Shown here: piece after piece, positions 22,384 to 29,625 of the stretch | Layout: every line of letters starts with the position of its first letter | Position numbering within the stretch: the first letter of the stretch is position 1 | Assembly (NCBI RefSeq): GCF_000011805.1 | Contig: NC_006840.2 | Length of the DNA: 32,000 nt | DNA from: Aliivibrio fischeri ES114 | GTDB lineage: Bacteria; Pseudomonadota; Gammaproteobacteria; Enterobacterales; Vibrionaceae | Reading direction: 5' to 3' (one strand) | The notes under the pieces: generated by a model | Seen by the model: only the letters and a program-made list of their open reading frames with translations | What the model was told of the DNA's origin: nothing | Database searches by the model: none | Translations under genes and position numbers: made by a program

Positions 22384-22414
22384 GCCTCTGTTCTCTCATC
22401 CAGAGGCTTTTTTT
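22384..22414 (+). terminator. intrinsic terminator about 200 bp downstream of the LysR stop (orphan)
   Basis: GCCTCTG (22384-22390) pairs with CAGAGGC (22401-22407) around a 10-nt loop, followed by T7 (22408-22414). Confidence 0.7.
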
Positions 22415-22711
22415 ATTCATTTCATCTAGCGATCTAATTGATTAGAACTACTAAAAATAAACTAAGATACTCAAACTATTCATTCATTCATTTCTTTCAT
22501 CTTATTTCCTGCTATTTATTCTTCTAATTTTAAGTATCAAATCAACAATAAAGAATAGAACTAATTATTTATTAATAACTAGTGATTATTACTGAAATAA
22601 CGACATGTAATTAGTCTCAAATGAACAATTTTCTTACTATACCCCCATCAAAATGCATTACATAAACAAAGCACGGATGCTTTTTTTAAAACAATTATGA
22701 GAGTATCCAAA

Positions 22712-23206
22712 ATGAAAAAATTACATCTAGTTCTTGCTATTGCAACCCTGTTTAGTGCCAACACTTTTGCTAACAATATCCACCTATCACCTGAAGTTAA
22801 AATCGGCCCTTATGGCGGCTTTGGTATTCAAGCTGGTGTTACTGATGCTTTAGGTTTTGATGCGGCCTATCTTAGTTACGGTCGTACCGTTTACAGCAGT
22901 TCAACTTATGATGAAACAATCGATTCATACCGTTTTGGTGTTCAACATATGTTTGGAGCATCTCAAATTCACGGTTTACAACTTGAAGTTGGTTTTGCTG
23001 ATTACGATGGCAAAAAAACGAGTAAAAGCGAAACAACAAAAGAAAGAGCGTTAGGTTCAAGTATTGGGGCATCTTATGTATTTCAAGCTACTGACCAATT
23101 AGGATTAAGAGCTGGAGTAGATCTTAACTACTTCCCAATGAGTGATACGTATATTCCTTATGACTTAGCAACTAACTTTAATCTTGGTATGACATTCACT
23201 TTTTAA
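22712..23206 (+). CDS. small 8-strand-type outer-membrane beta-barrel protein
   Basis: ORF with a signal peptide (MKKLHLVLAIATLFSANTFA), amphipathic strand pattern and a C-terminal F (GMTFTF). The start is placed at the MKKL methionine (22712, GAGAG 8 nt upstream) rather than the track start at 22697. Confidence 0.65.
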   Translation: MKKLHLVLAIATLFSANTFANNIHLSPEVKIGPYGGFGIQAGVTDALGFDAAYLSYGRTVYSSSTYDETIDSYRFGVQHMFGASQIHGLQLEVGFADYDGKKTSKSETTKERALGSSIGASYVFQATDQLGLRAGVDLNYFPMSDTYIPYDLATNFNLGMTFTF

Positions 23207-23227
23207 TGAATACCACCGTGATTAGTT

Positions 23228-23388
23228 ATACCAATCGTAGTAAATAACTGATCGCTCTAACTTGTTAAAATGCTCGATAACTACGTTAGAATTTTTGATT
23301 GTAGAGTAACTACTTATCAAAAATTCTGCCTTGTTCTCAAGCATTTTTCCTTCGCTATTTCTGATCACTTACTTACTGTGATTGGTAT
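23228..23388. repeat. 161-bp imperfect palindrome (long hairpin / MITE-like element) in the OMP 3' region
   Basis: Outer arms ATACCAATCGTAGTAAATAACTGATC (23228-23253) versus the reverse complement of GATCACTTACTTACTGTGATTGGTAT (23363-23388), about 22/26 matches. Middle arms share AAAATGCT.GA.AAC. Inner arms are a perfect 12 bp, AGAATTTTTGAT (23288-23299) with ATCAAAAATTCT (23316-23327), around a 16-nt loop. Confidence 0.65.
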
Positions 23389-23395
23389 TAGATAC

Positions 23396-23430
23396 AAAAA
23401 TGGCGCTGTTTTTAAACAGCGCCATTTTTA
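23396..23430. terminator. bidirectional intrinsic terminator between the small OMP gene (+) and the repeat-protein gene (-)
   Basis: 12-bp stem ATGGCGCTGTTT (23400-23411) / AAACAGCGCCAT (23414-23425), flanked by A5 and T5. Confidence 0.8.
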
Positions 23431-23452
23431 TTTAATTAGATTTTAAATCAAA

Positions 23453-24013
23453 TTACATCGCAAAGTTTACGATTGGGAAACAAGGTAGGAAACCATTTTC
23501 AGCACAGTTAATAAGACCTACTTGAACCCCTTTAATATCAGACGTCATGTTAAAGAAACCAACTTGAACATGAGAGTCATTTGAAAGGTTAGCAACACCA
23601 ACATCAACCATTGTATAACCTTCAGAATAGTTAACTGCTGATACGTTTGCACCTTTCACGTTATTAGTCAGGTTAACAAAACCTAGGTTAGCACCTAAAT
23701 CATCACCTTTGTGCCAGTTAAACAGGCCAAAAGATGCACCAGTCATATTACCGTTAACCTTGTTAGCGCCGATAAATAGCGGGAAGTTTACACCAGTTAG
23801 GTTATCACTTTCAGACATACCGATTGCAAAATCAACACCAGTTACATCACCCGTTTTACCGTAAAGAGCAGCTAGACGTACACCTTTTACTTCACTTGCT
23901 GCTGGAGCATTAAAGCCATTAAGTGATGAAAACATAACAGGCGTGCTATCTGCCATCGCAAATGATGAAACCATAGATAGAGCAGCGCAAGTACCAACTA
24001 AAATCTTTTTCAT
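23453..24013 (-). CDS. secreted tandem-repeat protein of unknown function (about nine 14-18-aa G-[VA]-x-[VFL]-[GA] repeats)
   Basis: The start is placed at MKKILVGTCAALSMVSSFAMA (ATG at 24013, AAGGAAAT Shine-Dalgarno 3 nt upstream of the ATG) rather than the track start at 24079. The mature part is degenerate repeats (VKGVRLAAL, VTGVDFAIG, LTGVNFPLF, MTGASFGLF, LGANLGFVN, VKGANVSAV, VDVGVANL, VQVGFFNM, IKGVQVGLIN) ending in CAENGFLPCFPIVNFAM. Confidence 0.6.
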   Translation of the reverse strand: MKKILVGTCAALSMVSSFAMADSTPVMFSSLNGFNAPAASEVKGVRLAALYGKTGDVTGVDFAIGMSESDNLTGVNFPLFIGANKVNGNMTGASFGLFNWHKGDDLGANLGFVNLTNNVKGANVSAVNYSEGYTMVDVGVANLSNDSHVQVGFFNMTSDIKGVQVGLINCAENGFLPCFPIVNFAM

Positions 24014-24201
24014 AATATTTCCTTTATTACTTAGTTTATGATTCTTTGAATCAATTGTTTTATCTATTATTAATCGCACAGTAAATGCAATAACTCACAA
24101 TATACTCGTATTAAGTGATAAATAAAGCATAGTTCAAAAAGTTAGCATGTGATTATTATTTTTAAGTCAATCGGTTATCTAATCTAAACTCTGAATAAAA
24201 A

Positions 24202-24900
24202 TCACTTAATTACATCATCAATATTTTGCTCACCAATATGACGAACATCCTTTCCTTTCACAAAATAAATGATGTATTCACAAATATTCTGACAACGATC
24301 CCCGACTCGTTCAATGGCACGAGCAGCCCACATCACTTTCATAACACTAGGAATAGAGCTTGGATCTTCCATCATATAAGTCATTAGTTGACGCACAACC
24401 GCTTCATATTCTGCATCGATTTTATCATCAAATTTATACGCTTCAGTGGCTGCTTTTACATCCATACGAGCATAAGCATCTAAAACTGAATGCATCATCT
24501 TGACGGATTGACGTCCTAATGACTCTAAAGAGACCAATAACGAATGCTGTTTATTCGTGAAATTTTCCAGTGATACTTTTGCAATTTGAGATGCCACATC
24601 ACCAATTCGCTCTAAATCAGTAATGGTTTTTATAATTGCCATTACAAGGCGTAAATCACTCGCCGTAGGCTGACGCTTCGCGATGATGCGGGTACACGCT
24701 TCATCAATAGCCACTTCCATTGCGTTGACTTTATGATCTTCATGCATGACACGTTTAGCTAGCTCTGCATCGTGATTATGCAAAGCCTCTAAAGCATAAG
24801 TAAGTTGTTGCTCTACCATTCCCCCCATAGTTAAAACATGAGTACGAATCGCTTCAAGCTCAGAATTGAATTGGCCAGAGATATGTCGACCAAGATGCAT
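24202..24900 (-). CDS. phoU: phosphate signalling complex protein PhoU
   Basis: The 232-aa ORF is collinear with E. coli PhoU ([40 protein letters not shown] twice, RCQNICE.I.Y.VKG.D.RH). Confidence 0.95.
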   Translation of the reverse strand: MHLGRHISGQFNSELEAIRTHVLTMGGMVEQQLTYALEALHNHDAELAKRVMHEDHKVNAMEVAIDEACTRIIAKRQPTASDLRLVMAIIKTITDLERIGDVASQIAKVSLENFTNKQHSLLVSLESLGRQSVKMMHSVLDAYARMDVKAATEAYKFDDKIDAEYEAVVRQLMTYMMEDPSSIPSVMKVMWAARAIERVGDRCQNICEYIIYFVKGKDVRHIGEQNIDDVIK

Positions 24901-24939
24901 GATATGTCCTTATCTTATAAATGGCCTATCATAGGCAAA

Positions 24940-25758
24940 TCACCCATAACGACCTGTAATATAGTCTTCTGTTTGTTTATGTATTGGAGAAGTAAAAATG
25001 GTATTTGCATTACCATATTCCACTAACTTCCCTTGGTTAATAAAAGCGGTGTAATCACTAACTCTTGCAGCTTGCTGCATGTTATGTGTAACAATAACAA
25101 CGGTATATTTACTTTTTAATTCGTAAATAAGCTCTTCAATTGTTAATGTTGATATTGGGTCCAAAGCTGATGTTGGTTCATCAAGTAATAACACTTCAGG
25201 CTCAATAGCAATAGCCCTAGCAATAACTAAACGTTGTTGCTGACCACCTGAAAGACCAAATGCATTTTCATGTAAACGATGTTTTACTTCATCCCATAAC
25301 GCCGCAGCTTTCAGAGCTTCCTCAACAGCTTCATCTAATACTCGCGCTTCTTTAATCCCTTGTAAACGTAAACCGTAAACTACGTTTTCATAAATTGACT
25401 TAGGAAACGGATTTGGGCGCTGAAATACCATTCCAACTCTTCGACGCAAGGAAGGAATATCCGTATCAGGGTGATAAATGTCATCACCAAATAGCTTAAT
25501 TGAACCTTTAATTTTGCAATTATCAACTAAATCATTCATTCGATTAATACAGCGTAATAACGTTGATTTACCACAACCGGATGGCCCAATAAAAGCCGTT
25601 ACCTGCCCTTTTGGTATTCGCATTTCTATATTTGATAGTGCCGATGTCTTGCCATAATTTAAGCAAAGATTATTAATTTCTATCGCGGTATTCTCATCAG
25701 ACAGGTGGTTAACATCCATCGGTGATAGAAAAGAAAGATCAGGAGATAATGAATACAT
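24940..25758 (-). CDS. pstB: phosphate ABC transporter ATP-binding protein
   Basis: Walker [10 protein letters not shown], signature LSGGQQQR, Walker B LLLDEP and the C-terminal [11 protein letters not shown] are identical in pattern to E. coli PstB. The start is placed at the ATG at 25758 (MYSLSP), which has a GGAG 10 nt upstream that overlaps the pstA stop. The ORF-track start at 25821 would overlap pstA by 59 nt. Confidence 0.93.
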   Translation of the reverse strand: MYSLSPDLSFLSPMDVNHLSDENTAIEINNLCLNYGKTSALSNIEMRIPKGQVTAFIGPSGCGKSTLLRCINRMNDLVDNCKIKGSIKLFGDDIYHPDTDIPSLRRRVGMVFQRPNPFPKSIYENVVYGLRLQGIKEARVLDEAVEEALKAAALWDEVKHRLHENAFGLSGGQQQRLVIARAIAIEPEVLLLDEPTSALDPISTLTIEELIYELKSKYTVVIVTHNMQQAARVSDYTAFINQGKLVEYGNANTIFTSPIHKQTEDYITGRYG

Positions 25759-25762
25759 ATAA

Positions 25763-27298
25763 CTATAACTCCAAAGTTCGGTATTTTTCTCGTAAGTTAT
25801 TACGAATAGCAATAGCCGCAAGGTTTAATCCGATGATCACTGTGACAAGTAAAAAAGCCGTTGCATACACAATTGGACGAGCAGCTTCTACATTTGGACT
25901 TTGAAAGCCCACATCATAAATATGATAACCAAGATGCATGAATTTTCTATCTAAATGCAAATATGGTGCGACACTATCAACAGGTAAGGACGGCGCTAAT
26001 TTAACAACACCAACCAACATTAAAGGGGCAACTTCTCCAGCTGCACGAGCAACCGCTAAAATTAATCCAGTCATGATAGCTGGACTTGCCATAGGTAAAA
26101 CGATCTTCCATAAAGTTTCAAACTGTGTAGCACCTAATGCCAGTGAACCATGTCGAACCGAGTTTGGAATACGACTTAACCCTTCCTCAGTCGCAACAAT
26201 CACAACCGGTAAGGTTAATATTGCTAATGTTAATGCAGACCACAATAAACCAGGTGTACCAAATGTTGGGGTTGGTAATTCATTAGAATAAAACAATTGA
26301 TCAAGAGTTCCCCCCACCACATAAACAAAAAAGCCTAATCCAAATACACCATAAACAATTGATGGTACACCTGCTAAGTTAATTACAGCGATACGGATCA
26401 ATCGAGTTAATACATTTGGTTTTGCGTATTCATGTAAATATATGGCTGCGATTACGCCTAGAGGCATGACAATCACCGACATTAGCAACACTAATAAAAT
26501 AGTGCCAAATATTGCAGGAAATACTCCGCCCTCAGAGTTTGCTTCTCGCGGAGGTTCGGATACAAATTCATAAACAGACTCAAGCCAATGATATACTTTC
26601 TCTTTAACCGTCATTGCATTTGGAAACCAAATATCCAATACATGATCACTGCTTAATTGATAACGAGAACCTTGGCTATCTTCTAGTACTAAATAACTAT
26701 GACTCAATTGCTTTGAAATGGCATTAACTTCATTATTCAGTGCTTTTTCTTTAATTAATATTTCATCTTTAGAGAGTGTTGATTTTGGCAGAGCATCTAA
26801 TAAACGATAAAGTTTATATCTTTCTTGCTCAAGCAAATCGATTTTCGCCTTTTCACTACGAACCCAAGACTCTACTTGCTGTCGATTTAATTCAAGACCA
26901 TTTGATGTTTCTACAATTTTACCGAAATACTTACCATGCTGAACTCGATCGACAACAACCAATTCATCAGGTTTACTCACGGTTTTAATTTGGTCTTGAT
27001 CGATATTAATAAAATCGAAACCATTAATATCTCGATTACCGACCTTAATAACTAATCGTTCTTTTTTATCTGCATTCGCATCATGTACTTTTTGTACATC
27101 ATATAACTGACCAACAATGACCTTACCATCAACAGTTTGCCATTGCTGTAATGGCGTTGGCCAAAAATAAGAGAGGCCTTTCCAACCAATAAGCAATAAT
27201 ATCCCGAGTACCGAGATCATACTGATACTTACGGACCCTGCTGTAAGCCATATCCATGGTGAACCTGATTTAATCCATGTTTTCATTTTTATTTTCAT
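25763..27298 (-). CDS. pstA: phosphate ABC transporter permease PstA, long form with about 210-aa periplasmic insertion
   Basis: The C-terminal 250 aa are collinear with E. coli PstA ([11 protein letters not shown]..., [17 protein letters not shown]...R..S.ALGAT..ET, ARAAGE.APL). Residues about 45-255, between TM1 and TM2, have no counterpart in the 296-aa E. coli protein. Confidence 0.85.
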   Translation of the reverse strand: MKIKMKTWIKSGSPWIWLTAGSVSISMISVLGILLLIGWKGLSYFWPTPLQQWQTVDGKVIVGQLYDVQKVHDANADKKERLVIKVGNRDINGFDFINIDQDQIKTVSKPDELVVVDRVQHGKYFGKIVETSNGLELNRQQVESWVRSEKAKIDLLEQERYKLYRLLDALPKSTLSKDEILIKEKALNNEVNAISKQLSHSYLVLEDSQGSRYQLSSDHVLDIWFPNAMTVKEKVYHWLESVYEFVSEPPREANSEGGVFPAIFGTILLVLLMSVIVMPLGVIAAIYLHEYAKPNVLTRLIRIAVINLAGVPSIVYGVFGLGFFVYVVGGTLDQLFYSNELPTPTFGTPGLLWSALTLAILTLPVVIVATEEGLSRIPNSVRHGSLALGATQFETLWKIVLPMASPAIMTGLILAVARAAGEVAPLMLVGVVKLAPSLPVDSVAPYLHLDRKFMHLGYHIYDVGFQSPNVEAARPIVYATAFLLVTVIIGLNLAAIAIRNNLREKYRTLEL

Positions 27299-27308
27299 TC
27301 AGATACAC

Positions 27309-29516
27309 CTACAAACTACGATACTTTTCACGTAACCCTTGACGGATCCATTCCGCCAATGAGTTAACAAAAAAGGTGAAAACAAACAATAAAAATGCAG
27401 CTAAAAACAACATTCTAAAATGCGTACTACCCATTTCCGATTCAGGCATTTCAATAGCAATATTTGCAGCTAGCGTTCTCATGCCCTCTAAAATATTACC
27501 ATCCATAATTGGGGTATTTCCCGTGGCCATTAATACAATCATGGTTTCGCCAACAGCACGACCTAGCCCCATCATCACAGCAGAAAAAATACCAGGACTT
27601 GCAGTTAATAACACAACTTTAGTTAACGTTTGCCACTGAGTTGCCCCTAAAGCTAATGAGCCTTCAGATAAATGTTTTGGTACAGAAAAAATAGCATCTT
27701 CAGCAATAGTATAAATAGTTGGAATGATTGCAGCTCCCATTGCAATGCCAACAACTAGCGCATTCCTTTGATCATACGCAACGCCTTTATCACCTAAATA
27801 ATTACGTAAATCACCGCCAAACAACCAATCTTCAATTACATAACCATATTGAAAAGTAAAATAACCTATAACAATCAGTGCCGGTATTAATAAAATAGCA
27901 TGCTGCCCACGAGGCAACTTACGCATAATATGAGCAGGTAAAATGTGCCATACAAACGCGATAATAATCATACTTAATGGGAAGAACACCAATATACTAA
28001 AGACCGCAATTAAGTTATTTTCGACTATCGGGGCTAACCAAATACCAGCTAATAACCCAATAATAACTGTCGGTAACGCTTCCATAATTTCAATGGTTGG
28101 TTTTACATAACGACGCACATTGGCAGACATAAAATAGGCGGTATAAATCGCACTACCAATGGCAATAGGTCCAGCAAAAATCAACGCATAAAACGCAGCT
28201 TTTAATGTACCAAACGCCAAAGGCATTAAACTAAATTTTGATTCAAAGTCATCGTTTGCAGCTGTTGATTGCCAAATATAAGCAGGTTCTGGATAGCCTT
28301 CATACCACACCTTTCCAAAAACAGATTGGATACTGACTTCTGGGTGAGGGTTTGTGACGTTAAAACACTGCCACCCAGATTGAGTCAGTACAATTAATTT
28401 TTCACCATTAGGTGGTTGAGTCGCCGCCAAAACAGAATCATTAAATACATGCTGAGTAAATAGTGCTTTTTCGGTCGTAGTATGAATTAACGTTAAATTG
28501 CCTTTTTCATCAATCACACTTACCCCTTTCCGGTAAACTTCAGGAGAAAGTAACTCGATAGGTGCATCAAAATTAAACGTCCTAATTAAAGTGAGTGAAC
28601 GTTTTTCATTATTAATGGTATCGAACCATTGAGAAAAGCTGCCATTATCAAACTGAACAAGTACCGAATGAGCACCAGCTAATAACGTGAGTTTTTGTGC
28701 CGATTCTTTCAAAGGGATACTTTCACGTAATGAAGCCTGATGATCATTTAAGCTCCACACTTGCAATTCATGTTGGTACAGTAAATAAAGAAAATCATTA
28801 TTTGGAGTGATCACCATAGATAATAAATTCTTCACTTTATTCGTTCCATTAAAGTGAATAGGAATTGCTTCCCAAAGTGTCTCACCCGTCATCTGATTTA
28901 TACTGGCATCTAACTCTAAACCAAGAAGACGATTATCTTCTGTTTTCCCTAATACCACCCCCTCATTCGGAGTCAAACTTAATGCTAGCTGGGTCAAGGC
29001 TTTCTTATTTTCATCAAGTTGAAGTGAAGGGAAAGGAACAAATGACTCTACATAAGGAATAAGTTGACGATTTCCTTTGGAATAATTTGTTTGAAATCCA
29101 ATTTGAGCAAATTGAACACGACCTTTTTCATCACCAAATGCAAACCAATCTTGGCTTTCAATTGTCGTGGTAAAGGCGGTTGGATTACTTATTATTTGCT
29201 GCTCACTCACCTGTCGTTTATTAAGAAGATCAATAAACTGCACTTTTCCTGATTCATCAATACGATAAACCATTTTACCTTGCTCATCAGAGCCGATAGC
29301 AAGAGTAGCGTGAGTGTACTTTGTTTTATATTGATTTATTGGCTCAACATTAACAGAGGTGAAGATAGGAGAGATCACCGCCAATAAATAAAAACAAATA
29401 AGCAAAAGGGCTGCAATGATCCCAACCCCACTAGACTTAACCCAGACACGCATAATCAGATCAACAACACGACGCTGTTTATCTCGAGCTCTCTGATTAG
29501 GTTTGGCGTATGCCAT
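27309..29516 (-). CDS. pstC: phosphate ABC transporter permease PstC, long form with about 375-aa periplasmic insertion
   Basis: The C-terminal 300 aa are collinear with E. coli PstC (FSLMPLAFGTL, EALPTVIIG, IPTIYTIAEDA...VP....EGS.ALGAT.WQT, GLGRAVGETM). Residues about 53-428 lie after a single N-terminal TM and have no counterpart in the 319-aa E. coli protein. Confidence 0.85.
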   Translation of the reverse strand: MAYAKPNQRARDKQRRVVDLIMRVWVKSSGVGIIAALLLICFYLLAVISPIFTSVNVEPINQYKTKYTHATLAIGSDEQGKMVYRIDESGKVQFIDLLNKRQVSEQQIISNPTAFTTTIESQDWFAFGDEKGRVQFAQIGFQTNYSKGNRQLIPYVESFVPFPSLQLDENKKALTQLALSLTPNEGVVLGKTEDNRLLGLELDASINQMTGETLWEAIPIHFNGTNKVKNLLSMVITPNNDFLYLLYQHELQVWSLNDHQASLRESIPLKESAQKLTLLAGAHSVLVQFDNGSFSQWFDTINNEKRSLTLIRTFNFDAPIELLSPEVYRKGVSVIDEKGNLTLIHTTTEKALFTQHVFNDSVLAATQPPNGEKLIVLTQSGWQCFNVTNPHPEVSIQSVFGKVWYEGYPEPAYIWQSTAANDDFESKFSLMPLAFGTLKAAFYALIFAGPIAIGSAIYTAYFMSANVRRYVKPTIEIMEALPTVIIGLLAGIWLAPIVENNLIAVFSILVFFPLSMIIIAFVWHILPAHIMRKLPRGQHAILLIPALIVIGYFTFQYGYVIEDWLFGGDLRNYLGDKGVAYDQRNALVVGIAMGAAIIPTIYTIAEDAIFSVPKHLSEGSLALGATQWQTLTKVVLLTASPGIFSAVMMGLGRAVGETMIVLMATGNTPIMDGNILEGMRTLAANIAIEMPESEMGSTHFRMLFLAAFLLFVFTFFVNSLAEWIRQGLREKYRSL

Positions 29517-29562
29517 GATGGGTTAACCTCTATTTTTATAATGTGGATAAAATGTATTCTTC

Positions 29563-29589
29563 ATTATAGGAGTGACACTATAATGACAA
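29563..29589 (-). promoter_or_regulatory. Pho-box-like site plus TATAAT in the pstS-pstC spacer
   Basis: The minus strand reads TTGTCAT-TATA-GTGTCAC-tcc-TATAAT. This matches the PhoB box consensus CTGTCAT-A(A/T)A(T/A)-CTGTCA(C/T) at 15 of 18 positions, with the 7+4+7 architecture. The TATAAT is closer to the box than in the classical E. coli Pho promoters I recall (the remembered phoA promoter has a gap of about 10 nt). Confidence 0.45.
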
Positions 29590-29625
29590 ACAAAATCAAC
29601 CGACTTAAATCGGCCAAGTTTCATA

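Noticed and set aside
22478-22493. (ATTC)3-ATTT microsatellite upstream of the small OMP gene, as a possible phase-variation tract
   Set aside because: Three units is too short for appreciable slipped-strand variation, and the tract is not positioned between recognisable -35/-10 elements.
23228-23388. Possible identity of the palindrome with ERIC/IRU elements, because GTCACTTACTTA-like and AAGTAAGTGA-like strings occur in its arms
   Set aside because: The resemblance is only 10-11 nt, recalled from memory of the ERIC consensus. The GGGG/CCCC core and central region of ERIC are absent. I do not claim family membership without a proper alignment.
23270-23446. 58-codon plus-strand ORF (MLDNYVRIFDCRV...) running through the 161-bp palindrome
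   Set aside because: It has no Shine-Dalgarno and reads straight through the strong bidirectional terminator stem at 23396-23430. It is better explained as a chance open frame in AT-rich palindromic DNA.
24014-24201. Search for a Pho box upstream of the repeat-protein gene
   Set aside because: The best candidates (TTATCAC-TTAA-TACGAGT and CTGTGCG-ATTA-ATAATAG on the minus strand) match the consensus poorly. Any Pho link would have to come from read-through, as stated in the finding, not from a dedicated box.
25938-26291. 117-aa ORF antisense to pstA, the longest unexplained ORF in the track
   Set aside because: It lies entirely within the conserved transmembrane core of pstA on the opposite strand. 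The translation has no recognisable motifs and no start context. Antisense ORFs of this size are expected opposite membrane-protein genes with few stop-complement codons.
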